DNA of 64,000 nucleotides from Octopus bimaculoides (GCF_001194135.2 NC_068986.1:64026465-64090464); one strand, 5' to 3'. Shown: positions 37,660 to 51,777, counted from the first letter of the stretch. Made by a program: numbers and translations. The notes: generated by a model from the letters alone, not told the origin.

Positions 37660-37800
37660 GTAAGAAGCTTGTTTCCCAACCACATAGCTCAGCTCCAGGT
37701 TCAGTTCCATTGTGTGGCACCTTGGGCAAGTGTGTCTTCTACTATAGTCTTGGACCAACCAAAGCTTTGTGAGTGGATGAAAACTGAAAGAAGCTCATCG
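37655..37800 (+). mobile_element. CORE-type tRNA SINE
   Basis: tgtggtaagaagcttg..ggttcag..ccttgggcaagtgtcttctactatag. Family copies at 49390-49480, 58465-58620, 58935-59092, and 63735-63885 (minus). Confidence 0.8.
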
Positions 37801-37999
37801 TGCATATGTGTGTCTGTATACAGTAACCTCCTGGTTAAGTACTCATCCCAGAAAAAGTATGTGCAAAATCTTCAAGAAACCCCAGTTCAAGTTTATCAAT
37901 GATTTATTCTATGGCAACATTGAAATAGGTAATAAATGGCTCAAGGTATGTGATATCTTCTTGTGAAGTTTATTGTTTAAATATATCATGCAAAGACAA

Positions 38000-39650
38000 T
38001 TGACTCAGATTTTATATTTATTTGCACTTCTCTGCCAATTTTAATTGCCTTAGCTTCTTCTGAAACCAATTGAAGTAGTTTTTTAGGTCATTGTAACCAT
38101 CCCATGCTGCATCTTGTACATCTGCACATAGTAACTGATCTTCAATGTTGAGCACAGTATTGTACGGTTTATCGAAGCTGTTGAAATTGACATTCTTGAT
38201 TGGCGCAATAGCATTGCCATAGTCACTCTCATCATCAGCGTCCTCAACATCCTCCAAATTGCTTGTGTATACTCCTCACTGTTTTCATCATTGACATGCA
38301 CATATTCTTTTAATTTGTCCTTGTTCACTGCAATATTCAAAGAGTCGAAGCTAAGCAAAATTTCGGGTATCCAGTCAATTTCTTCATTCGCACTACCTTC
38401 CAACTTTAATAATTCAGCCTTTTTTAATGTGTTCTTGATTGATGCAGCTGATATTGCATCCCATGCATAATTTACATAGTGAGTGACATTGAGCAGATGA
38501 GTAGGATTACCATACGCTACACCCGCCGCCCCTCTGCATGGCCTTTTTGCTTGCTCTTTCTTGTGGATCTTTGAGTCCTCGTCAAGCTCGGAAAATTCAA
38601 GAACATCTTTGAGATACAAATATTTGTACTTTTTTAGAGCTGCAATGATCCCCATATCACATGGCTGTTTCCAGCTGGGTGCAATTAGGTGGGTAAAATA
38701 CAACCTTGCCGTTATCCTGTTCAAAAGCTTCAAAATGGCCTAGAACGATGTCCATCAATAAGAGAATGTGGTGTCCCATTCTCTTTTTCACTTAAGGACA
38801 AAATACTTTGTTGAACCATTTACAACGTTTCAGCATCCATCCATACTTTTTCTCTGATTAAAGTACTTCAGAGGCCATTCCTGATTCTTGGTACAGGCCG
38901 CTCTTTGTATTTTCCTATTAATGTGCAAGGAACTTTGTGTGTTCCTGTGACATTTGCACAAGCAATGAGTGATATATGTTCTTTAACTTTTTTCTTTCCT
39001 TGGGTCGTGCTGACATCTTTGTATGGCATAAGCAGGGCATATTTGGGCAGCAACTGAAAAAAATAACCTATTTTCATCCCCATTACAAACATTTTCAGCA
39101 TCATACTGTTCAATGCAGCATATAAATCATTCAATGCAGCCAATAGCTCTGGATCTTCTTTGTTCACTTCTGCTCCTTCACCATGGAGCAGAACCTTCTG
39201 TAACCTGTGACGTACTCTGAATTGGCTTAACTCCTGTCATGATTCATGATGCTTTAAAGTCATCTTCCGATACTGATAATTCCACAGCTATCTGCTTTGC
39301 TTTTACAATAACCAATGATGGTGGAACAGGTATGTTTGCACAATGCATGCAATCAATCAACAAGTAAAGCATGTCTTCAAGCTCTGAAAACTGACCTACA
39401 GATGCCTGAAATATTTGCATTTTGGATTACTTCTTGGTTCTCCCAAATCTTTTGGATGGCACCTTCACTCATTCCATACTCTTGTGCAAGAGCTCGCTTG
39501 CTCAACTTAGCAGTGATATCTGATCTCTGGAAGTCATTCAAATGCTTCCTCTCTCCTTTGCTTGACATCATGGAGAAAACTGACAGGAAAGATGACAAAT
39601 ATGATTGAAAACCCTGTGCATACGTGAGCCTTGCTATGATTGGCTGCACA
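38000..39650 (-). pseudogene. Decayed pogo/Tigger-type transposase (HTH-psq, CENP-B HTH, DDE_1)
   Basis: SKRALAQEYGMSEGAIQKIW, KEHISLIACANVTGTHKVP..IGK, QPCDMGII.ALK..Y; frameshifted. Confidence 0.8.
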
Positions 39651-41299
39651 CATACATTCACGCAACTGATTTGCTAATGTTGTTGCTATGTATGCAGCTA
39701 CCATCTAAGTACACACAAACAGTTAAGTTCTAGAGGGAGATTGCTGTATGTGTTTGTCCCCCACCACTACTTGACAATCAGTGTTGGTGTATGTATGTAC
39801 CTACTGTCAAAAGAGACCGACAAAATAAGTACCAGGCTTAAAAAAAAAGTACTGGGTTCAATTCATTTGTCTAAAAATTATTCATGATGGTACCCAGCAT
39901 TGCTGAAGTTCACTGACTGAAACAAGTAGAAAATTAAAAACAATAGAATTTCAGTTTCATTACCTAGAGCTCAGTTCCTCTAAATTCAAGAGAACCCACT
40001 AGACATTTTGAAGTACGAGTTAGAAGGCAAATCTTCATTATCTAGGGAACTGGGTTATACATTTCAATGTTGTTGAGAACTGGAAATACTATAACAATAA
40101 CGAAGGAATATTCTTTACAAATTTTTGCTGGGAATAGTATTTGTTGTCTACATTTCCCACCATATCAAAGACCATCACAAGCTGGAGAAAATGGCACAAC
40201 CACAGGTTGTCCATTCTTAACATAAAACATTTTGTCTTTTACTAATGTTTGCAGTAATTTCAAAGACATTTTTCTTAGATAATAATTCTTACTGGGGAAC
40301 AGAAAGTTTTAATGTTTATACCATCCCTAAGGTAATTTTCTACCCAAGTGAAATTCTTTATGAGTATTTAACTCCAGATTTATACAAGAACTTGAAGTTA
40401 ATTTGTGCTTACAAAGCACTCATTGCACAGTACACTATCCATTAGCATAGCTTAGAGGAGTGAGGGTATGGTCTGCCCAGGGCTACACTTTATATATGTA
40501 TTATGTGTTTTTCAGTGAGTGGGTGTACTTGCTGAGAAACTGTACCATTTGTTACAACTTTAACTATGCCATTGGCTTTATCTCCCTACAGCTGAGAGCT
40601 GTACCAATCTTTTACAACTTCATTAGAGCAAGCCAATTGAGAGCCTCCATCTTGGGAAGTGAAAAGATATCTTGGCAATCTAATCCTAATTACCCCTTAA
40701 AAGACGAATAGTCATGTTATGAATACCTTTGGTCATAGGTTTGCTCAATTAGGGTTAACCTGGGATAAACAACAACAATATCTTGATTATAACGAACCAG
40801 TGTAAATCCTCTATATAGGTTCTCAACCTGCTTCAAAACAGCAAGATCCTATTTTCTTTAAAAAAGGCACATTAGAAAATGTAGTCTGCAGACTGCTTGA
40901 AAATATGTTGATGTGGTCATAACTAGAATGCCTTTGATCATATGAAAGATTAATCAGGGCTGACCAAAAACTAAACAACAGCCTAATTATAGTTAAGTGA
41001 GTGAAGCCAACAAAGGATGTTGTTTACAGTGCACCATGTTGGGATATGAACTGTCAACTGGTTAGCTAGCAGTCTGACAAATATTACCTGGGTTAGATAG
41101 TTTTATAAAGATGTACTGATAATCTGGCTTTATAGTGTTGGCTTTGCAACTAGTTGTCCTGTGTAAGATCAACCAAACAGTGTGCATTTCTTTTCTTTTT
41201 ATTCTTTGATATCTATCTAGACCTAGAAATTTACTGTTTTTAAACAAGTTTTTGTAATACTCTTTTGGTTTTGTTTTATTTTCTGTTTTCAGTTTGAAA

Positions 41300-41391
41300 A
41301 TGGTTGTTTCAGCTCTGCTTCGCCAGTCCTTACATTTTGAAAGACCATTGTTGAATCTTGTAAAATCTGCTCAGTGTTTTCTCTTTCAAAA
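41300..41391 (+). CDS. MRPL2: MRPL2 coding exon 1 (transit-peptide-like MVVSALLRQSLHFERPLLNLVKSAQCFLFQ)
   Basis: Acceptor ttctgttttcag (exon from 41293), ATG 41300, donor AA|gtaagt. Its phase 2 matches the next exon and completes an 879-nt CDS. Confidence 0.75.
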
Positions 41392-42759
41392 GTAAGTTGC
41401 AGAAAACTTGATTTCATTTAAACTTGCAAATCTCATGCAAGTATAGAAAACTGAGTTAGGCTTTAAATGTCAGTTTTTTTCTGCTTGATTTCATTTAGTT
41501 AACAGTACATCATCATCATTTTATGTGTCTGCTCTTTCATTGTGCACATAGGTTTGATGAGACTGCTTGAGGCATTATTCTACATCAGTCAGTCATTGTT
41601 TGTTTTCATCTAAAGTGCTTTATTTCAATGGCTTCCATACATTGAACCCCTGAAGAAGATTGTTTCTTTAGTGGGGGCATAAAAATGAATAACACCGCTC
41701 GAAGTGCTGGTGTGTTGAAAATGCAGTGAGACAAGCACATATGAGCACATGTTCACACCCACCCACACATACATGTACATATAAGTACACTCACACATAC
41801 ATATACATACATGTTTATGTTGCAAAGTGAACTTCTTAACCACACAGCTATGCCTGTGCATATATATTTAGTTCAACCCATATCAGCATGGAGGAGGGAC
41901 GTTAAAGTGAAGATGAAACCTAACCGTAACAATCTAACTAGAGTACCACTATACTAGTCATGAGCAAACTCTTGCTTTCTGAATGCTACACCTAACAAAA
42001 TATTGCTTTGATTCTTTTTGATAGTGCAGTCTATCTGCTGATGAGTCTTGTCTTATGTGGTCTACCCATACCTGCTCTATACTGTTACTCTACTTGCTAG
42101 AAATAGCAACCACATTCCCTCAGATCATACTGTTTTTGTTTTTTAAAGGAAAGATATATTGAATAATATAATCCTGAATTTTTAAAAGGAGAGGATGTCA
42201 TGACTGGAAAATCTTTCAACTTGAGTCTATTGAATCAGGTTTGATTTGGGGTTAAACAGCAACACCAACCCTAACCTTAACCCTTATAACTTTAGAGTCA
42301 ATGAAGTTATTTTACTTATTGAGGAATGTAGCAAATTTGTAATGTTCATACCTTTTTCAAGGATACTATTTAAATATAATGAAACAGTTCTAATTAGGAA
42401 TTGAGACCGAGTTCATCATCATCATCATCATTTAACGTCTGTCTTCCATGTTAGCATGGGTGAAACGGTACTGCAAGAGCTGGCCAGGCCGAAGCCTGCA
42501 GCAAACTTCTGTGACTGTTTTGGCTGGATTTTTACAGCTGGATGCCCTTCTTAACACCAACCACTCAGCAGAGTGGACTTAGTGCTTTTTATGTGGCACA
42601 AGCACAGGCGAGGTCAGTTTTGGCAAGATTTTTACAGCTGGACACCTGAACACCAACCACTTTACAGTGTAGACTGGGTGCTTTTAAGTGGCACCTGCAC
42701 TGACAGGATCACCAAGTACTTGCAAGACATTAAAAAAAATTTTTTAAGTGGGAAGGAGG

Positions 42760-43430
42760 CATTGGAGGAGGTGATGATGAAAAGGTTATAGTGAGACAGA
42801 TACAGGTGTCTTGCTGTAGAAGAAGTACAAGGTTACCTGGCCAGAGAGAGAAAGATCAGGAATGAAGACAGAAACAGGTGCTCTACTGCAAAGGAAATAC
42901 ACGGTTGCCCAACCTGAGGGAAGTGCAGGAGAAGGAGTGGGAGACAGCAGGATAGAGATGGTGGCAAAATGCCGGGCATACTCACAAGGAACGGGGATCA
43001 GAATACAAAGGAGATGATTGAGTAAAGGAAGAGAGAGATATAAATGGTGGCAAGTGTCAGGGCATATTGCGAAGGGAGTGTGATTAAAGAGTGGGCAAAA
43101 GACCTGGGTATATATAGAGTTGGAGGGGCTTCCACATAGCAATGATACAGAGGAACTGGGGTGTCAGGACAGGATTAGGGAGTGAGAGCTAGGCATGGTG
43201 TATGAAGGAAAGAAATGTGAGAAAGAGATGTAGATTGGTTTGTTGGGGTAGGGTGAGGGAAAAGTTTTCTTGTTATGTGTAGGTGGAATACTCAGGTTGG
43301 GGGCTAGCAGATAACAATAGAGTGAGATGGCATGTGGGTAGAATGCACAGGTCGGGAGCAAGTGGAGAGCAATGATACAGTGGTACAGGGCCAAGAGGAC
43401 AGGATTGGGGAGTGGGAGGTAATCATAGTA
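42760..43430. repeat. Purine-rich degenerate segment following RTE-tail repeat
   Basis: Strong G/A strand bias; similar tracts follow the same repeat at 52180-52680 and 53120-53520. Confidence 0.5.
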
Positions 43431-43504
43431 CATGAAACAGAAATGTGAGGAAGAGAAGAGATCTAGAGACGTAGTTTAGTTTGTTGTGGTAGAGTCTGTG
43501 AGAA

Positions 43505-44230
43505 GTTTGTTAAGTGTGGGGCACAGTGCTTCTAGAACTCAATTCTGCTGATATGGGCAGGTCTTCTCAAGAACTTCATATCGCCAGATATCTCGGTCCA
43601 TTGTCATTTTCTTCGTGAGATTGGTCCTTACCACTTCATCCCATGTCTTCCTGGGTCTCCCTTTTCCACAAGTACCATCCACTTTCAGTGATCGGCACTT
43701 CTTTATGCAGCTGTCCTCATTCATTTACATCACATGTCCAAATCAACGTAGTCTTCTCTCTTACATGCTACATTTAATTCCTCTTGTGCCCAACTTTTCT
43801 CTCGATACATTTGCATTTTGTCATACATATGCACTGATGTTGCACATCCAATGAAGCATACTACCTTCGTTTCTCTCCAGTCTACGCATGTCTTCTGCAT
43901 TCAGAGCCCATGTTTCACTACCATAGAGTATAGCCATTTGTACACAAGCACCATATAGTCTACCTTTCATTTTGAGAGAGAGTCCTTTTGTTGCCAACAG
44001 AGGTAATAGCTTTCTGAACTTCCTCCACCCAATTCTTATTCTAAAAACAATACTTTCAGAGCATCCTCCACCATTGGTAATTTGGTCACCTAGGTAACAA
44101 AAACTCTCTACAACCTCAAGAGAGCCTCCTAGGCATTTGAGAGAATCTGATCCCTGTGTGTCCTTAGTGCTTATTGTTCCTGCACATCTACCACATACAA
44201 AGACTACTTTATCTGTTAATCTACCTGTGA
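43505..44230 (-). mobile_element. RTE LINE 3' end
   Basis: CIKKCRSLKVDGTCGKGRPRKTWDEVV, plus upstream YLGDQI..GGCSE..RIRIGW.KFR.LLPLL region. Confidence 0.8.
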
Positions 44231-45239
44231 TACCACTGCACCTGTTATGTGTCCATAGTTTACACTGGGTGCAGCAAATGGAATGACTTCTGATTCTTTT
44301 CCTACATATGGAGCAGGGCTATTTACCTGATGGAAAGAAAGTTTTATCTTCTTTCTTACTAACAACCACTTTTGTCTTAGCTAGGTTCTTGAGTTAAACT
44401 AATTGAAAACTCAAAAGTTAGATCCATGTTTTGATAACTTTTTTTCAAGAAATAATTTCTACATCTTTTTGGCTTTCATACATTTTTCTTTAAACTCATC
44501 TCATTACTAAATGTCTAGCTAAAATACATAGGCATTACTGAAGAAGTATCTTTGTCTATATACTCTTTAAAATTAGTTTATTTTGTCTGTAATGTTTTCT
44601 TGGCTCTGCATTATACTGACACAATTATTATTTTAAAATATACTTAGGAAAAAAATTACTGAAATAGAATTATAGGAAATACAGTCAGTCTACTATGATT
44701 CGTGTGGTTGTTGATGTGTCTTTTTTTTTGTTCTTTGATAAAGTTGGTTGAAATGTCCAGAATGATGATGGACTTGTGGGTCACTTTGGCTCAATCACTT
44801 AGCAATTTTCTCAGTGTAGGTCTTTTTCAAGCAGTGCCGAATTAGTTTAACCAATAATATTGGTTTTAAATTTTGGCACAAGGCCAGTAATTTCAGAACA
44901 GAAGTTGAGTAAATTACATTAACCCCAGTACTCAACTGGTACTTGTATTATTGATTTCAAAAGGATGAAAGGCAAAATTGACCTTGGTGGCATTTGAACT
45001 CAGAATGTAAAGATGAACGAAATGTCACTAAGCATCTTGCCCAACGTACTAATGATTCTGCCAGCTTGTCGGCTTAGTTTAACCAATAATATTAATAAGA
45101 AAAGCAACCACACTAATTATCTTTTACATTGCTGTGTAGGGAAATATATGCAATTTAGCCATCCAACATATTGAACCAAGGTCATTAAACTGAAATTTTG
45201 GTTTTAACTTTTTTTTTCTTCTCATTTTTGTCTTTGTAG

Positions 45240-45364
45240 AAATGAATTCCATAGTAATCAGACTGCTTTTGGTGTCCAGAAATTCATTAATGCTGGCATT
45301 GACGTCACCAAATATACCATGAAACCAATTCCACTCTCCAAGTCTGGTGGTAGAGGACATGATG
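45240..45364 (+). CDS. MRPL2: MRPL2 coding exon 2
   Basis: Acceptor tttgtctttgtag; ..KYTMKPIPLSKSGGRGHDG; donor G|gtaact. Confidence 0.88.
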
Positions 45365-46258
45365 GTAACTATTTCTGATCATCATTACTCTCATTATCAC
45401 ATTTGTTTTGTTTTTTTCTTGCTGACATGGTTTGCACAGATCTGTAGTTTACAGATCCATACATCATGATCATAATGTCATTTCTTAAGTCTACTTGTAT
45501 CAAGACTACTCTCCATCATTATCTCACAAGCATATTTCACTCAGAACATATCTCCATTTGAATTATATGCTCATACCAGTATTGTTTCACAGGCATACAT
45601 TAATCACTCTCTTTGCTTTCCATTTGCTTTCATAGTTCATTTTAGCTCAACCCTTCTCATATATTAATATTGTGCATTCAACAGATCATATTCATTTTAT
45701 TCCTCTACATTCTATGTTCAAATCTCACTTGAATTGCCTTTGTGTTTCATCATATCAGAACCAATTTTGTTATTATTATTATTGTGGAAGATTGACAGAA
45801 TTATTAGAACAGTTAGGAAAAAAATGTTTTGCAGTATTGGTGTTTTATGTTCTGAGTTCAAATCCTGCCAAGGTCAATTTTGTCTTTCATCCTTTCAGAG
45901 TTGATAAATTGCTGAGGCTGATTTAATCAACTAACGTCTCCCTTCCAGATTGCTGGCCTTGTATCTAAATTAGAAAAAAAATGTTGTTACTATTATTATT
46001 ATTGTGGTAAGCTGGCAGAATTGTTAGGACACTGGGCAAGATGCTTAGCAGCATTTTGTCCATCTTTGTTTTAAGTTCAAATTCCACTGAGGTCAACTTT
46101 GCCTTTCATCCTTTCGGGGTTGATAAAATAAGTACCAGTTGAGTACTGAGGTCAATGCAATCGACTTATTCCCTGCTCCAAAATTGCTGGCCTTGTGCCA
46201 AAATTTGAAACCGTTATTATTATTATTGATGCACACATGAATGAATATCTAATTTTAG

Positions 46259-46507
46259 GTCGCATTCAGACTCATGGTATTGGTGGTGGACACAGAAAGA
46301 ACTACAGGATGGTTGACTTCAAAAAAGATGGACCAAGGGAAGGTCCACCTCTAGTTGAAGTAGTCAAGTGTGTACGCTATGATCCATGTCGCACTGCTGA
46401 CATAGCAGTGGTAGCCACCGGTGTAAATAAGCGCTACATCTTAGCTAGTCAAAACATGAAAGCAGGAGATCTGATTAAAACATCGAGGCATATCCCTCGC
46501 ATGGCAG
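46259..46507 (+). CDS. MRPL2: MRPL2 coding exon 3
   Basis: [45 protein letters not shown] (ribosomal L2 RNA-binding domain); ag/gt boundaries in phase. Confidence 0.95.
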
Positions 46508-46877
46508 GTAAGGCTGTTTATTAAGTTATTTCTTTTTTAATATTATTACCTGATAATAATTTTTTTTGAATTCATTTATTTTGTCCATTGCATGCTTTAG
46601 ACTGTTAATTGAAAGGACCAATGAAACAAATCCATTTTTAAAGGTGTATCCTTTAACTAGTTTTGATTATATCGTTATTTGTTCCATTTTAACAAAACTG
46701 TCTGACGAACGTGAAACTCTGAGTAACAGCTTTTGTTATATTTCTGCTGCTTTTAAATAAAGCATATTACTCTACCTCTGGTATTTGATTACTATTTTTT
46801 ACACCTTGTTTCACATTTATGTGCTTACTCTGGTATACACACACACACATATATATATATAAATATAAATAAATATA

Positions 46878-47995
46878 TAGGGTCATCCCTTATTAATGCG
46901 TTTTTTTATACTTCTTTTATTTTTCAAAATTAAGATAAACAAAGTTCTTTTTTAATCTAAAATATATTCTCCTTCATTTGATACAATGCTCTTCCATCTA
47001 TCTGGTAGACTTGCAAGACCCCTCTTTCAAAATTCACATGTCCGTGACAAAAAATACTCCTCTAGTACTGTTCTGACCTTGTCTAAAGAATTCATAATTT
47101 TTCTGTCCAAATGAATTTGTAGACTGTGGAATAAATGATAATCAGATGGGGCAATGCCTGGCAAATATGGTGGGTGAGGCATCATTTCCCATTCAAACTG
47201 CTCCAGCCTTTGGAATGTCAGCCACACAGTATGTAGCTGAGCATGATCCTGATGGAAGAACACCTTTCATCTTGAAACCAAAGATAGTCGTTTTTCTTAT
47301 AGCGCTGACTTGTTATCATTTGGTTTGGGTTTAAAAAAGTTCAATGTGGACTAAACCTTTCATATCCTACTAAACAAATAACAACTTCTGTAGCCTGTGG
47401 TGTTGGTGTTTCTCCTTTCCCTACCCACTGTCTTTGACATTTTTATAGAGAACCCATTTCTTGTCACTAGTCAGTCCCCAAAAAGTTCATTCGTGAGACA
47501 TGACTGCAAAGAAGAGCATTCATTCACTCTCTGTACGCGATTAGACTGAGAAAGTTTGTGAAGAACCCATTGACCCAATTTGATGACATGCAAGTGTCAT
47601 TGAATGGTTGAATGACCAAATCCAAGCTTCTCTGCTAGTTCCTCAACAGTTACGGTGAGATTTTGTTCCACAAGGGTTTGCAGGATGTCCTCAAGCTCTA
47701 CAGATCTTCCAGGACGAAGCTCATTTAGGCTGTAGTTTCTAGCTCAGAACTTCTGGAACCATTGTTGACATTGGCTTACGCTTATTGTCCGATTCCCGTA
47801 TACTGCATTAATATTCTTCGCACTTTCCGTTGCATTGTTGCCTTTATTGAAATTATAAAGCAAAATATCCCGAATATGCTCTTTGTCACTTCCATTATAG
47901 CTTTGAAAGAAGTTGATGCAGGTAGTTTATCCGTCCCCCTCCAACTTTTAGTTCATGCAATTGAAAAAAACTACATTATTTATGGGATGACCCAA
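46878..47995 (-). mobile_element. Mariner element remnant with TIRs and TA flanks
   Basis: TIRs tagggtcatccc..aatgcgttttttt and aaaaaaactacatt..gggatgacccaa; transposase HPPYLPGIAPSDYHLF. Confidence 0.85.
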
Positions 47996-48799
47996 TATAT
48001 ATATATATCAGTAGCAATGAAGTTTTACTAGCGTGTGCTGATAGTGGATACCAGCAGATGATGATGATGCACAAACACACAGAACACTAGACATTTAATT
48101 TTGTCCACTGCTGATTGATTGGTGTTTTCTTTCAGCACTATGATCTATACAAGAGGCTTTTTCAAGACAAATACTGCAGTATTATGGTACTATCACATTA
48201 AGTAGAATATAAAGATTGATATATCTAAGACTACTTTATCCAGTGTATCCTTATTATTAAAATGGCTGCTATTTCTAGTAAATCGAGTAACTGTATAGAG
48301 GATCTTCCATTAATCAACTTGAATAGTGGTCAGCTGTTCTGGATGCAAAAATATGCAGTAGCAATGTAGTTTTTAGGTTTGATCTAACAACTTCTGAAAT
48401 CTTTATTTCGACTAGTAACAGCATTTTCCACTTCTGGTATGTATTGTTCTTGTTTTCTCAGCAATACCTATGAACCTCATTTATTTGGTCAAAAGTCAGG
48501 AATGAAATTAACAAGGTTTATTTGACAGTTTTGTTGGCGTTAACAAATCCCCCAAATTCTGTCTCCATTGACATCACAGTGCTAGTCATTCTTTCACTTA
48601 CATTTTGCCTCATCCCACCTTCACTATAAAGGAAGTGGTCGCCACTGCATTTGTAAATTTGCGTTATCTAAAATTCGAACAGCAGAAGAAATAGTGAAAA
48701 TGAACTAGTTAAATCTATAAATACATCTTTCCTAGTTTAAGTTTGATAATTTTTTTCTCTCCGTTGAATCCATAATAATTTCATATTTTCCTGTTTCAG

Positions 48800-49212
48800 T
48801 GAAAGCAAATGAAGGTGATTCCTATCCTCTTGGGGCTCTACCCATTGGTACTTTGGTCCACAATGTTGAAATTTACACTGATAACTATGGTAAAATGGCA
48901 CGAGCTGCAGGAACTTGTGCTCAACTGGTTCGTAAAGTTGGAAATCAGTGTGTTGTTCGACTTCCATCAAAACGAGAAATCTGTGTATCTAAACATTGTA
49001 TGGCTACAGTTGGACGAGTTTCTAATGTTGAACACAACAAGGAGCACATAGGTTCAGCACAAAGATCACGTTGGCTGGGAATTCGACCACAGAGTGGACT
49101 TTGGCATCGTAAGACTGGTTATAATGGTCGGAAAATTAGACCAGTTCCTCCTTTAAAAACCTACTCAAAGTCCAAACCAGCGAAACCAGCTATGCACGTG
49201 TTTTCTTTTTAA
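48800..49212 (+). CDS. MRPL2: MRPL2 coding exon 4 (L2 C-terminal domain) with stop
   Basis: EGDSYPLGALPIGT.VHNVE..ARAAGT.AQL.RK..RLPSKRE..ATVGRVSN..RWLGIRP.SG.WHRK; TAA 49210-49212; AATAAA 49219-49224. Confidence 0.95.
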
Positions 49213-49559
49213 AACAGCAATAAATTTTTCTAATGGTTATTGAATGTAGTTATGTTCATAGATTTTTCATCATTAATTTTATATAAATTTATATAAACTT
49301 TGCTCAGAATACAACATTGCCTTTAAGTTTCAAGTTTCTATTTCTGATTAAAGTTATATCACTCTATGTGTTAATTATTTTGGCAATGGCATAGACATGA
49401 CTGTGTTTGTAAGAAGTTTATTTCAAAACCATATGGTTAGAAGTTCAATCCCTCTACATGGCACCTTGGACAATATGCCCAGACTGTTACACAAGCCATA
49501 CAATTTAATGACAATACAGTCCATTCATTAAAGATGAAAGGAAGGGTCTTTAAGAGCTG

Positions 49560-50003
49560 CAATGCTGTATGGGAGTGAGACATGGGGTCTGAGGGAGAGA
49601 GATGATAATTTTGAGAAGGACAGAGAGCAATGGTGAGAGAAATCTGTGGGGTGAAGCCGTTTGATAAGAGGAGGACTGAGGATTTGATGGGAATACTGGG
49701 GTTGGAGGAATCGGTGGAATGGTTGGCAAGGGTGGATGGAGTGAGGTGGTATGGACATATGTTGAGGAGAGATGAAGAGCTTTTTCTGAGGAGGGTGATT
49801 GCATTTAAGGTAAATGGAGCGTGAAAGCGAGGTAGATCGAGGAAAAGGTGGAGGAGGAGATTGGGAGGGTTGGTTTAAAAAAGGAGGATGCCCATAATCA
49901 GGCAAGATGGTGTGAGGGCAGTTGCTATGGCATTGAGGTAGATCCAGCCACTCTCATTAACAGGGACAAAACCCAAATCTAAGACACTGGTGGATGATGA
50001 TGA
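49560..50003 (+). mobile_element. RTE LINE 3' end between MRPL2 and RTCB
   Basis: LGLEESVEWLARVDGVRWYGHMLRR; (GAT)n tail; related minus-strand fragment at ~58620-58790. Confidence 0.75.
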
Positions 50004-50270
50004 TGAAACTAGTGTCCCCAACCAGTTGCATGAGGGTTATAATAAATTTGTTACAATAACTTCAAATTGTATTTGTTTACATGTTTAGTATAAAGGAAAA
50101 TTTACGAGAAAACAAATTTTGCAAACAAATTTTTTAAAAATGTAGTTTATTGCTGAAAAGGATTGAATGTAATATAACAGAAACGAGGATGGCAATTAAC
50201 AGTTGTTCATATTAAATAGATTAATCCTTTTTAGGCAGTCACTAATCAGTTATTTTCTTTCTTTTCTTCT

Positions 50271-50335
50271 TTATCCTTTAATGACTCCAATAGGACGCAG
50301 TTTGATAGCCTTTTTACTAATTCCAGCCTCATGAC
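50271..50335 (-). CDS. RTCB: RTCB terminal coding exon (CHEAGISKKAIKLRPIGVIKG*)
   Basis: Acceptor tttattttag; matches the conserved RtcB C-terminus; minus-strand AATAAA at 50151-50146. Confidence 0.93.
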
Positions 50336-50406
50336 CTAAAATAAATATCAATATTGAATATAAAACAAACTGAAGAACCAATTACAAAACTGATTAATGT
50401 TTAAGG

Positions 50407-50974
50407 CTGTGATTCCCAACATGGGGCATGGTAATATTTTGGTGAGGCATGCGTAGGGTTACTACCTGTTGTACACAATATTTAGTATACCAATAGAGAA
50501 AGGGGGCAATTTGAGAATGAGTTATTAAAAGAAAAAATTCTTTACATCCCTTCTGTGGACAATTTTATCAGATTTTGGATACTTTAGAGACAACAGTTTG
50601 TTTTCATCATATTCATAAGATCTGATGTGGTATATGAAAACATGTAGGTAATTACAAACGCGCATGTTTGTGTGTGCATGCGTGTATGTAGTAAAGAACT
50701 GGTCAGTACTAAAAGCAATGCCATCTTAATTCCCTATGGAGAAATAAACTAGAGACAGACTTATATGTGTCTAAAAGTACTGACTCCTATCTCTGGCGAC
50801 AAAATCTAGGTACACAAGAAAAATGTGCTGCTGCAAAGTGGGGCAATAAATGGTGTTGGGGGTGAGGGATGAAAGAATTGAATGGGTTGAAATGGAGTGG
50901 AAGTAAAGGGTAGCGTCAGTGAAGGAAGAGAAAGACAGACATAGATAGAGATTTATGGTACTGGTAACACACAC

Positions 50975-51015
<41 letters not shown>

Positions 51016-51752
51016 CAGAGATGAAAATTAACAGGTCATTTTATTCTCACCAGTCAGTTTGTGAATTCAAACAAAAAGGTAAGAAAAAACTTCCATCATT
51101 GATACAAAGGTTTTGCAGCTGAGAAGATTCATGGAATACTTTTTGATTCTTTTTGAGCATATTTTCTGAAAGTTTATACTGAAATCTTTTTGAAGAAATT
51201 GTTGAAAAAATTTGCTTGAACTAAAATCTCTTCGTGTTTGATTCAAAAATACATAAAATGAGTAGTGCAAGTAAAAAGAAGTTTGTCAATATTCAGAGAA
51301 ATATTTAAAATTTGGATTTATACCTGCTATCCACAATAAACTGTCACCAAGTAATGGCGAAAAACTCAGATTTTGTGAATTTTCCAAAGTCCTCTCCCCA
51401 CTTCCCCAGAAAAGATTTTCCTACAGATTTCTTTATGATTGTAATCTATGCTGGTTGAAAGGTATTTATATAAAATTTCATTTAAGAAAAAAAAAAACAT
51501 TTTCCTAAAAATTATGAGGGAAAAATTCGGATGTCCTCTTCACCCCCGTTGCTTTCCGCACATTTCTTTTCATATTCGTTTCCTACACATTTTTTTAAAC
51601 ATCTGTTGCACTGTTTTTTTAAAATTTCGTTTCCGGGTAATATTGTGAACATTAACCAAATTTTGAATAACAAAAATTAAATATCACAAGGGGGCCTCAG
51701 GATTTTAGAAATAATTCGATGGGCATGGTCAAAAATCAGTTGGGAACCACTG
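50407..51752. mobile_element. hAT (Charlie-type) remnant filling the last RTCB intron
   Basis: TIRs ctgtgattcccaac and gttgggaaccactg; flanks gtttaagg / gtttaaaa (6/8 match, degenerate 8-bp TSD). Confidence 0.6.
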
Positions 51753-51777
51753 GTTTAAAAGATAGAAATATACTCAC

